A DNA stretch of 64,000 nucleotides, taken from NCBI GenBank assembly GCA_041640595.1, contig JBEPZY010000009.1, forward strand, positions 130,342-194,341. The letters are read 5' to 3'. The position numbers and the translations under genes were made by a program. This document shows, in pieces, positions 20,263 to 29,051 of this stretch (the stretch's first letter is position 1; each line of letters starts with the position of its first letter). Source of the DNA: Gemmatales bacterium (GTDB lineage: Bacteria; Planctomycetota; Planctomycetia; Gemmatales; HRBIN36). The notes beneath the pieces are model-generated. The model made no database searches, was not told the origin of the DNA, and was given only the letters and a program-made list of their open reading frames with translations.

Positions 20263-21591
20263 ATGGCCCGACGAATTTCCCGCCGAACCGTCCTCAAAAG
20301 CATGGGAGCGACGATTGCCCTGCCTTTGCTCGACGCGATGTTGCCGATGTCATCGTCAGCGGCTCCGTCGCAAACCAAGCCTGTGAAACGGCTGGCCTTC
20401 TTTTACGTTCCCAACGGTATCCACATGCCCGCATGGACGCCGCAAGCTGTCGGGCGAAATTTCGATTTGCCCTATATCCTCGAGCCGCTCCGGCCATTCC
20501 AGGATGACCTGCTGGTGCTGAGCGGACTCACTCTGGACAAGGCCCGACCCAACGGCGACGGTCCCGGCGACCATGCACGAGCCATGGCATCGTTTCTGAC
20601 CGGCGTGCAGGCCCGCAAAACTGCGGGGGCGGATATTCGAGCGGGTATCTCCGTCGATCAGGTCGCGGCCCGGCATTATGGTAAACAGACCCGCTTTCCA
20701 TCCTTAGAGCTTGGTTGCGAACCTAGCCGCACCAGTGGCAATTGCGATTCGGGTTACAGTTGCGCTTATTCCTCGACGATCTCCTGGCGGGGCGAGTCCA
20801 CGCCTTTGCCCAAGGATATCAATCCCCGCTCGGTGTTCGATCGCTTATTCGGTCGTGGCGGTGGCATCGGGGGAGTGGGCAAGCCAGAACGGCAAAAGAG
20901 CATTCTCGATTTCGTCCTTGAGGAGGCCAACGATCTGCGTCGGCAACTCGGTCGCAACGACCAGCGTAAACTCGATGAGTATTTCACCGCCGTGCGGGAA
21001 ATCGAACAGCGCATCGCTCGGGCAGAAAAGGAGAATGAGCAGAACGTCGTTGGCTTCAATCGGCCCAACGGCATTCCTCCCGAATATGCCGAGCACATCC
21101 GGTTACTGTGCGACCTACTGGTGCTGGCATTCCAAACCGACCAGACACGCATCGCCACCATGGTTTTTGCCAATGAGGGAAGCAACCGCAGTTACCGGTT
21201 CATTAACATCCCCGACGGACACCATGATCTGTCGCACCACGGCCGCGACCCGGTTAAACTCGATAAGATTCGCGCCATCAACCGCTTCCACATGGAGCAG
21301 TTCGCTCGCTTCATCGGGAAACTGAAAGCGATTCCCGAAGGCGATGGCACACTGCTGGACAACTGCATGATCGTTTACGGCAGTGGTATCGGCGACGGTA
21401 ACCGTCACAATCACGACGACCTTCCTATTTTGCTGGTGGGTAAAGGCGGCGGTGCAATTAAGACCGGCCGGCATTTACGTTATCCGAAGGAAACGCCTCT
21501 CATGAACCTGTTCCTGGTTCTGCTCGACCAGCTCGATATCCATCTCGACAAATTCGGCGACAGCACTGGCCGGCTGCCGGATTTGGTCTGA
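20263..21591 (+). CDS. DUF1552 (HXXSHH) domain protein with a Tat-like leader
   Basis: SRRTVLK leader, LPLLDAM, ISVDQV, CDSGYSCAY, HHDLSHH and GTLLDN. Confidence 0.92.
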   Translation: MARRISRRTVLKSMGATIALPLLDAMLPMSSSAAPSQTKPVKRLAFFYVPNGIHMPAWTPQAVGRNFDLPYILEPLRPFQDDLLVLSGLTLDKARPNGDGPGDHARAMASFLTGVQARKTAGADIRAGISVDQVAARHYGKQTRFPSLELGCEPSRTSGNCDSGYSCAYSSTISWRGESTPLPKDINPRSVFDRLFGRGGGIGGVGKPERQKSILDFVLEEANDLRRQLGRNDQRKLDEYFTAVREIEQRIARAEKENEQNVVGFNRPNGIPPEYAEHIRLLCDLLVLAFQTDQTRIATMVFANEGSNRSYRFINIPDGHHDLSHHGRDPVKLDKIRAINRFHMEQFARFIGKLKAIPEGDGTLLDNCMIVYGSGIGDGNRHNHDDLPILLVGKGGGAIKTGRHLRYPKETPLMNLFLVLLDQLDIHLDKFGDSTGRLPDLV

Positions 21592-21969
21592 TACCTGGTG
21601 CGTGGGTAAACCTAACGGATTGCGCTCGCGTCGTCAGTCCGCTATCACTCTGCGCGATAAAGTTCCGTTCGGCTTGGTTTTACGCTGAGACTATATCTGG
21701 CGGTCGTCATCCGGCATAAAGCGCGAGTGCCTGTACGGAAGGTCGGTTGCTCATGTGCGTGCGTGATTTTTGCGCCGCCGGTTCAGGAACCCCGGTCTAA
21801 GTTTTCTTTTGCGCGGATGGTTAGCCACAGATCCTGCCCAGTGGTAGTATCTGCGCTCTGCATCGCAACAAGTCTAATGTTGTCCCTGGTCGGTTTTTTC
21901 GCTAAACGTGATAAAGGACGTAGCCGGTCTGAACAGAGCCATCACGGGGCATCTAAGTAAAGGAGGCCA

Positions 21970-24096
21970 ATGATGCGGTTACGAATGCTCATCGTATGCT
22001 TGCTCATTCCCCTAAGTGAATGGGTTTGCTTAGTCCCGCACTTATACGGGCAGGAAAAGCCGAAGGTCGCCGGCAAATTGCAGGTGAAAGCTACCATCCC
22101 TGAGCGACCGGGGAAACGTCCCATTACCGTGGAGGATATCTGGCAGGTGAAACGCATTGGCCGGATATCGCTGTCTCCCGACGGACGCTGGGTGGTCGCA
22201 GAAGTTACCAGTTATGACATGGAACAAAACGAGTCGAACACCGATTTATATTTATTTAGCACTGAAGGCCACCCAGCCCGTCAACTCACCACGCATCCGG
22301 CCAGCGATACGCATCCCGTCTGGTCTCCGGATGGGCGATGGATCGCCTTTATTTCCAAACGTCAGGGCGACATCGCTCAGGTATGCCTGATTGCTCCCGA
22401 TGGTGGCGAAGCACGAGTCGTTTCTAAGTTTCCATCGGACGCCGTTGGTATCAAGTGGTCCCCTGACAGCAAGATGATCTACTGCGTGGTCTGGACCTGG
22501 CCGGATACACCGGACGATGAAAGCCACAAGCGCCGGGAAAAGGAACGCAAGGAGCGCAAATCGCAGGCCGCGATCATTGACGGAGCATTATTTCGTTACT
22601 GGGACCGGTGGCTGACCGATGGTAAAGTGCCGGTACTGTTCGCACTGGATATTGCCACCGGGCAGCACCGTAATCTGTTCGCAGGACTGAACATTCATCT
22701 CATCCCCACAAGCGTCTCCGCTGACGATTTCGACATTGCTCCCGACCATTCCGAGCTTTGCTTCGTCGCCGACAGTAGCAAGGACTTTGGCCGTGAATTC
22801 AACGCCGACCTGTATATTCTATCTTTAGGTAACAAGCGCACACTAACTAACATTACCGCCGACAACCTCGGCCAGGATTTCTCACCCCGCTATAGTCCCG
22901 ACGGTAAGTACCTCGCTTTTCTGCGACAGACTACCCGTTACTTCTATGCGGATCGGCAAAGGCTTATGGTTTACGACCGTTCGACCCGCCAGCATCGGGA
23001 AATCACAGCCCAATTCGCTCGCTCCTGCTCGAATCCTGTCTGGCATCCCGCATCGCGCTTTATATATTTTGAGGCGGAAGATCAGGGTTATGTTAGACTT
23101 TACCGTGTGGGACTGGAACAGGGCAATATCGAGCCTCTGACGAGCGGTTACAGCGATCGGTCGGCGGCATTATCACGGGACGGGAATCGTTTGGTGTTTT
23201 TGCGGTCGGACTTCGGCTTGCCTCCCACCCTCATTGCCATGAACCTGGAAACGCACACCCTTCGGCAATTAGACACTCTAAATCGGGAACTCGTAACTAG
23301 CTGGAATCTGGGCAAGGTTGAAGACGTGTGGTTCCCAGGTGCTGATGATAAGCCCGTGCAGATGTGGGTGGTCTATCCTCCCGAATTCGATAGGACTAAA
23401 CGCTGGCCTCTATTGCAGATCGTCCACGGTGGGCCACATAATGCGATCACCAATGAATTTCATTTTCGCTGGAACTTGCACCTGTTTGCTTCTCGCGGTT
23501 ATGTAGTCGCCTGTGTTAACTTCCACGGTTCCAGCGGGTTTGGTCAGGATTTCACCGACTCCATTACCGGGGATTTAGCAAATAAGCCTTTTACCGACAT
23601 TATGAAAGCCACCGACTATTTAGTGCAACAACCCTATATAGATAAAGAGCGATTAGCAGCGGCAGGAGCCAGTTATGGTGGCTATATGATCGCCTGGATT
23701 AACGGCCACACGGACCGATTCCGATGTTTAGTTTGCCACGCCGGCGTCTATAACTGGCATAGCATGATGGCCTCTGACATCCTGAAGTTTCGCGAACGTG
23801 CCCTGGGTGCTCCTCCCTGGGAAAATATGGAGCGTGTGGATGCACAGTCGCCGCAACGGTTTTCCGCTCATTTCCGTACGCCCACACTTATTTCTCACGG
23901 CGAAAAAGATTATCGCGTTCCGGTTACGCAGGGGTTTGAGTTTTATAACACGTTGCGGCAGAAAGGAATTCCTACTCGACTAATTTACTTCCCCGATGAA
24001 AACCACTGGATTCTCAAGCCGCAAAACTCACGCCTTTGGTATGGTGAGGTTTTTGCCTGGCTGGAACGATATATCGGTCGGGGACCATCTAAGTAG
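21970..24096 (+). CDS. S9 family serine peptidase (prolyl oligopeptidase/acylaminoacyl peptidase) with a PD40 beta-propeller
   Basis: HGGPH, GASYGG nucleophile motif, HGEKDYRV, PDENH and WSPDG repeats. Confidence 0.94.
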   Translation: MMRLRMLIVCLLIPLSEWVCLVPHLYGQEKPKVAGKLQVKATIPERPGKRPITVEDIWQVKRIGRISLSPDGRWVVAEVTSYDMEQNESNTDLYLFSTEGHPARQLTTHPASDTHPVWSPDGRWIAFISKRQGDIAQVCLIAPDGGEARVVSKFPSDAVGIKWSPDSKMIYCVVWTWPDTPDDESHKRREKERKERKSQAAIIDGALFRYWDRWLTDGKVPVLFALDIATGQHRNLFAGLNIHLIPTSVSADDFDIAPDHSELCFVADSSKDFGREFNADLYILSLGNKRTLTNITADNLGQDFSPRYSPDGKYLAFLRQTTRYFYADRQRLMVYDRSTRQHREITAQFARSCSNPVWHPASRFIYFEAEDQGYVRLYRVGLEQGNIEPLTSGYSDRSAALSRDGNRLVFLRSDFGLPPTLIAMNLETHTLRQLDTLNRELVTSWNLGKVEDVWFPGADDKPVQMWVVYPPEFDRTKRWPLLQIVHGGPHNAITNEFHFRWNLHLFASRGYVVACVNFHGSSGFGQDFTDSITGDLANKPFTDIMKATDYLVQQPYIDKERLAAAGASYGGYMIAWINGHTDRFRCLVCHAGVYNWHSMMASDILKFRERALGAPPWENMERVDAQSPQRFSAHFRTPTLISHGEKDYRVPVTQGFEFYNTLRQKGIPTRLIYFPDENHWILKPQNSRLWYGEVFAWLERYIGRGPSK

Positions 24097-24142
24097 CCGA
24101 CACCACAATCAAGCACCCAATTAGAATGGCGAAAACCCGGTC

Positions 24143-25348
24143 TTAGCGTAAGGCTTCTAAGGGACGCAGGCGCGTGGCTATCCAGGAGGGTATTAGTCCG
24201 CCGAGTAATCCCATCAGCAGCGTGAACGAAAAAGCGGTCTTCAACACAAAAGGCGTTACGGTGATCTGAAAGACAACAGTTTTTCCGCCGCCCTGACCGG
24301 AGCTGATGAAACTCTTTTGTTCTATGCCGTGAAACAGGCTGCCAATGAGCATGCCGGTCAGCCCGCCGAGAAGTGCCAGCAGCATCGCTTCGATGAGAAA
24401 CGAAAGCAGAATTTGCCAGCGCTGGTAACCGAGAATGCGGAGCACAGCAATATCTTTAGTTCGCTGGCTGACGGCAGCAAACATGGTGTTCATCAAGCCG
24501 AACATGCCGCCGACCGCCATAATGGCCGCAATAAAAAGTGCCGCGGCCAGAAACAGGGTGTTGGCCTCGGACATGCGCTCGTAATACTTCGGCTCCGGGA
24601 TAGCACTAAGCTCTAAACCCGTACGGTCTTTCAGGGTGTCGGCAAACCATTGGGCTAGAGCGGGATCGCGAAGTCGAATAAGGATGGAAGTGAAAAACCG
24701 CTGGCCCCGTTCGACATTGTCTTTACCAAATTGCTGACCGACTACTTCTCGCTTGGCCCAGGTTTCTGAATCAAACGGTGAGCCGCGCGAATCTAATATA
24801 CCGACCACTTTCCAGGTCAAGCCTTCGCGGATGTCAAAGGTGCTACCCACATCCAGGCCCAGCAAATTGGCAATACCCTCGCCCATAACGCACTCATCGC
24901 CGACCGAACTGAACCATCGTCCGCGCAACAAACGCAGGCCGTGAACCCGTGCGGCACGCTGCGGATCCATAACGCCCCGCAATTGCAAAAAGCGATAGCG
25001 CGGGCGACCGTCTCGTGGATCGGGCGGCAGTTGCTGAGTGGCGATGGCATAGATTTCCGCGCTGAACAAGGGTTCGCCGGCTTCGTCGGTAGCGACATAC
25101 TCGTTCAGCCAGACACGAGCCAGGTCGGCAGTGTCGAGAATATCGCTGAACAATTCGTCGTTCGTACCCTCGCGCAGGACCAGCAAATTGTCCGGTCGGC
25201 CAGCGCGGCGAGCAAGCTCGTTGATACCTTCAACAAACGCCAGCATCACCACCAGTATGGCCACCACCAGCACGAAACCGAGAGCCGTCAAGGCAGTAAC
25301 ACGCCAGCGCACTATCAGATTCCGCAGGTTATAGCGAAGCGGGATCAT
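24143..25348 (-). CDS. MacB/FtsX family ABC transporter permease
   Basis: NTMFAAVSQRTKDIAVLRILG and RLRPLEALR; four-TM layout. Confidence 0.9.
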   Translation of the reverse strand: MIPLRYNLRNLIVRWRVTALTALGFVLVVAILVVMLAFVEGINELARRAGRPDNLLVLREGTNDELFSDILDTADLARVWLNEYVATDEAGEPLFSAEIYAIATQQLPPDPRDGRPRYRFLQLRGVMDPQRAARVHGLRLLRGRWFSSVGDECVMGEGIANLLGLDVGSTFDIREGLTWKVVGILDSRGSPFDSETWAKREVVGQQFGKDNVERGQRFFTSILIRLRDPALAQWFADTLKDRTGLELSAIPEPKYYERMSEANTLFLAAALFIAAIMAVGGMFGLMNTMFAAVSQRTKDIAVLRILGYQRWQILLSFLIEAMLLALLGGLTGMLIGSLFHGIEQKSFISSGQGGGKTVVFQITVTPFVLKTAFSFTLLMGLLGGLIPSWIATRLRPLEALR

Positions 25349-25439
25349 CTATCAGGCCCCAGAATCTCGCCGATCGGTTCGTGGGAAGTTCGCATCTGCT
25401 AGTGGAGAAGCGAGGTCGCCCCAGAGCGCCAGGCCATCT

Positions 25440-26693
25440 TTAGCTGACACGGCTGAAAATTTCGGCCACACGCACTCGACAGCCGTTTATCGCCGGCAAG
25501 ATGCTACCCACCAGTGCCGTTGCCGCACCGATCCAGGGTCCCCAGTAGTATGCGCGAAGGGGCACGAAGAAAACCGGGAAAAATCCCAAAGGCAGTCGAA
25601 TTCCTTTGAAGACATAGTTGACCAGAAGATGCGGCAGAGCAACGCCGAAAAACCCGCCGCAAATTCCCAGCATCAGACCTTCGCCGAGAATCAGCACGAG
25701 AATTTGCCCCGGACTGAAGCCGAGCACTTTCAAAACAGCGATCTCTTTGGTTCGTTCGCGGACGGTGATACCGATCGCATTGGAAATAACCACCGCCATC
25801 ACCACCAGAATAGTGGGAACCAGCAGATAGCGAACCCCGAACAAAATATCTTTGAGCGGTTCAAAGAAGCGATTGACGGCAGTAGCAGCGGTTTCGCATT
25901 TGATGTTGCGATTCTGGCTCTCGATGATAGCACACGCGGCCTGGGCAGTAGGCTGGTCGCGGACAGTCAACCATCCCAGGTTGATGAGGCCCGCCAGTTC
26001 GCTCCCGACGTCGGTGAGAACGCGCTCGACGTAATCGTAATCAATAAAGGCCGCTTCGTCCCAGCGGGTGTTCTCGGGCAAAACTCCAACCACGATGAAA
26101 TCCATCTTGACCGGCTGACCAGTGCGGTCGCGGTGACTGAGTGAGAAAACCTGAAGGCGGTCGCCAACCCGCACCCCCAATCGAGCCAGGCGTTTCGGCC
26201 CTAACAATAATCCCGCGTTTTCCATTCCCGAAACACCGGGATTTTTCAATTTCGCACACAACTCGGGACTTATTCCTTCCAGGCCATCAATCATCGTGGG
26301 CATTTTGTCCGGCAGGGTGGCGATGGCAAAGAAAAACCGGTTCGGATCGCGTCGGCTGAGATCGGGATCGAGGCTGAAAGCCAGGAAATGCCAAAGTGTC
26401 CAGGCTTCCGGCAGAAAGCCGGGCAGTTGCATCAGTCGGGCGTAGGTCTCTCCGCCGGGCAGAACGATGCGATCGAAGTCGGCTTTCTGAAAACGACTGG
26501 GAATGCGGAAGCGCTCAGTGATAATCAGCCGAATGTTGGTGGTTTTCTCTTCCATTTGCTGATCGAGGAAAGTCAGCACAGACTGAATGAGCACATAAAT
26601 GGTAACCAGCACGAGAACCGCAAGTCCGGTCAAGCTGACGCGGACAGGATTGCGCCGAAGATTCTTGAGGATGAGGAGAAAAAGTTTTGCCAT
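25440..26693 (-). CDS. MacB/FtsX family ABC transporter permease
   Basis: KNLRRN leader and TVRERTKEIAVLKVLGF. Confidence 0.9.
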   Translation of the reverse strand: MAKLFLLILKNLRRNPVRVSLTGLAVLVLVTIYVLIQSVLTFLDQQMEEKTTNIRLIITERFRIPSRFQKADFDRIVLPGGETYARLMQLPGFLPEAWTLWHFLAFSLDPDLSRRDPNRFFFAIATLPDKMPTMIDGLEGISPELCAKLKNPGVSGMENAGLLLGPKRLARLGVRVGDRLQVFSLSHRDRTGQPVKMDFIVVGVLPENTRWDEAAFIDYDYVERVLTDVGSELAGLINLGWLTVRDQPTAQAACAIIESQNRNIKCETAATAVNRFFEPLKDILFGVRYLLVPTILVVMAVVISNAIGITVRERTKEIAVLKVLGFSPGQILVLILGEGLMLGICGGFFGVALPHLLVNYVFKGIRLPLGFFPVFFVPLRAYYWGPWIGAATALVGSILPAINGCRVRVAEIFSRVS

Positions 26694-26814
26694 CGCTGAT
26701 ATCCGTTTTTATCGCTCTGAGCGCCTGGCTCGCGGTCTGGATCAAGCAACATTTTAGGTATTGCCGCTCGGAGCATTGTATTCGCTGGCCGAGTAATTCT
26801 CCTGAGCCGGGGCT

Positions 26815-26843
26815 TTGACAGATACTCCAGCGCTGGGTATGAT
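26815..26843 (+). promoter_or_regulatory. Near-consensus sigma70 promoter upstream of the JAB-E2-E1 cluster
   Basis: TTGACA (26815-26820), a 17-bp spacer, then TATGAT (26838-26843). Confidence 0.7.
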
Positions 26844-26913
26844 GACGTTGGCAGAAGCGCTGTGCCACGACAAGTGGAGCGGCGTGCTGTAGAGCAAGGT
26901 AGGGCGAAGGCCC

Positions 26914-27927
26914 ATGTGGTCGGAAACGATTGGGCTGATGCAGCGTATGTGGCAGCAACTGCTGCGAGTGATTCGCCAGTTTTGCTCGCCAGGTCCTGGG
27001 CAAGAGCAACTGGCTCCGCCACCTGGGCCAGGCAGAGCGATGCCGCTTCGCCGTCTCGAACGGGTGCTGGTCAGTTCTGCCGTGTTGCAATCGCTGTTCG
27101 ATATGTTTGCCGATCACCGTAACGGCGATCGCGGGGAAGAAGAAACTGGCTGGGTGCTGCTGGGTTATCGGCGAGATGCGGAAGCGGTTGTTTTAGCAGC
27201 GTTACCGGCTGGCACGAATCGGGAAGCTGGGGTTGCTCACGTTCGGTTCAATACTCTGGCGCAGGCGGTAGCCACGCGGATTTTGCGAACGCGCGATCGT
27301 CAGTTGACCATCCTCGGCGTTGTCCATACGCATCCTGGGAGTCTGCGTCATCCTAGCCGGGGGGATTACGAAGGTGATAGCGAGTGGGTAAAATTATTGC
27401 GCGGAAAAGAAGGCGTGTTCGGCATAGGGACTGTCGAGGCCGAGCAAGACGACAACTGGCTGCCGATGGTCGCGCAACCCACCGATAATAGCTGGTCATG
27501 GCGGGGCATGCGATTCAACTGGTACGCTTTAGCGGCCGGGGATCGCAACTACCGTACCATTCCCGTGCAGGTGGTGCTTGGAGAAGACCTGGCCCGACCG
27601 TTTCTGCCTGTTTGGGAAACGCTCGAATGGCACGCCGCGGGATTGGAGGAATTGTTCCGGCGTCTTAGCGCCTTGCATGTGGAAGCCTGCTCGGACAGCG
27701 ACGCTGCCGGGCTGAACTCGTACCTGAGCGTTTCTATTCCTCTGGAAAACGGACAAGAAATCCGCGCATTGCTTCACGGCCCGAAGATGCGGTTCTTCTA
27801 CGACGACGGGGAACAGACATACGAAGTCGCGGGAGAACCGCCAGTCGATCGGGGAATTTTCCTGCTGCTGGCCGAACTGGCAAGACGGCGGGAGCTTTGC
27901 CAAGCTAGCATCGAAAGCGAACCCTGA
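26914..27927 (+). CDS. JAB/MPN+ (JAMM) metallo-isopeptidase domain protein with a C-terminal extension
   Basis: EETGWVLLG (catalytic Glu) and HTHPGSLRHPSRGD, an exact HxH-x7-S-x2-D JAMM motif; start codon uncertain. Confidence 0.88.
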   Translation: MWSETIGLMQRMWQQLLRVIRQFCSPGPGQEQLAPPPGPGRAMPLRRLERVLVSSAVLQSLFDMFADHRNGDRGEEETGWVLLGYRRDAEAVVLAALPAGTNREAGVAHVRFNTLAQAVATRILRTRDRQLTILGVVHTHPGSLRHPSRGDYEGDSEWVKLLRGKEGVFGIGTVEAEQDDNWLPMVAQPTDNSWSWRGMRFNWYALAAGDRNYRTIPVQVVLGEDLARPFLPVWETLEWHAAGLEELFRRLSALHVEACSDSDAAGLNSYLSVSIPLENGQEIRALLHGPKMRFFYDDGEQTYEVAGEPPVDRGIFLLLAELARRRELCQASIESEP

Positions 27928-28016
27928 CGGGACGGCAGAAGAGGAAGGTCCGCGGACTGCGGTAGTCCGCCCTCGCTGGTGTCCCCAGGCGAGTCGCAGG
28001 TGAGGAGGTCTGAGCC

Positions 28017-28199
28017 ATGGATTTCCGTCCGCTCAACGACACGGAACGACGTACCCTGTTGGCTGCCCTGCGCGCCAACGCACAGGAAGACCGCGCCATC
28101 CTCATGGATCGGCGGAACACTCGTTTTGTTGGTACTGCAGAAGAGGTGCCCGAAGAGGAGGTGATCACCGCCATCAAATCCGTGCCCTGCCATTACTAA
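28017..28199 (+). CDS. 60-aa hypothetical protein, candidate modifier or substrate of the E1/E2/JAB cluster
   Basis: Strong SD (GAGGAGG) about 8 nt before the ATG; natural-looking charged helical sequence ending in VPCHY. Confidence 0.7.
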   Translation: MDFRPLNDTERRTLLAALRANAQEDRAILMDRRNTRFVGTAEEVPEEEVITAIKSVPCHY

Positions 28200-28587
28200 A
28201 CCGATCAGCGGTTTGTCTGGCGGTCCAGCCAATCGGGCAGCACGCAAGAAGTGCTGCCGAGCCATTGGGAGCGTGCGCCTGCAAAGCTGTCAGGATCGCT
28301 GCCGATTCTGACCGTATCGGTTAGCGACCTGCAGTTGGGGGTGTGCCACCAAGCACCAGGAGCAACGCGCTTGGTCGCAACGGTGGCCGCCGACAAAGCG
28401 GGATTACGGGGAGGGTGCCGGTCTTCGACAGCGGGTGGTTAGAATTATGACACGCGCGAGCGATGCAGAATGGCGCGGCTCGTTTCGCCACCTACTGCGT
28501 CATCTGGTAGGCAGGCATACGGGCGATTGGACACTGAGCGAATTACTCGGTGAACACTTGCTTGCAGACAGCAGGCAGGAACAGGCC

Positions 28588-29013
28588 ATGGGCTTGCTGG
28601 ATAGCGAAGTAGGAAAACGACGCTTGTTGACCGTCGAAATTCCGGCTATCGAACGCTACAACGAAGGACGTGATCCGGAGTTTCGTATTCGCCTGGTTCG
28701 TCAGGGAAGCAATCTGGTGCTGTGCTACCGTTTGATGCCGACGCACAACGTGTATGAACTGGAGACGCGGCTCTACTCCAGTTATCCCATTGTGCCTCCG
28801 GAAACGCGAGTCTTGACGCCTCTGCGCCACTGTCCGCATCTATTAGAAGGGCAGACTTTGTGTTTGTGGCGGCAGGGTAGCAGTCGGCAAAACAGCCGCT
28901 GGGACCCCGCTCGCTACACCTGCGTGTTTGCGGTGCAAGCAGCTTGGCGGTGGCTCGCTTGCTACGAAGTGTGGTACGACACAGGGGAGTGGCCATTACC
29001 GGAAGCTCGTTAG
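28588..29013 (+). CDS. Stand-alone E2 (ubiquitin-conjugating enzyme-like) protein
   Basis: YPIVPPETRVLTPLRHCPHLLEGQTLCL...WDP aligns by eye with the UBC pattern YPxxPPxvrFxTxxxHPNixxxGxICL...WsP. Cys codon at 28861-28863. Start chosen at MGLLD; the ORF is open from 28435. Confidence 0.75.
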   Translation: MGLLDSEVGKRRLLTVEIPAIERYNEGRDPEFRIRLVRQGSNLVLCYRLMPTHNVYELETRLYSSYPIVPPETRVLTPLRHCPHLLEGQTLCLWRQGSSRQNSRWDPARYTCVFAVQAAWRWLACYEVWYDTGEWPLPEAR

Positions 29014-29051
29014 AATCCGCCTGACGCGATTCTCGCCCTGGAGCAAACAGC

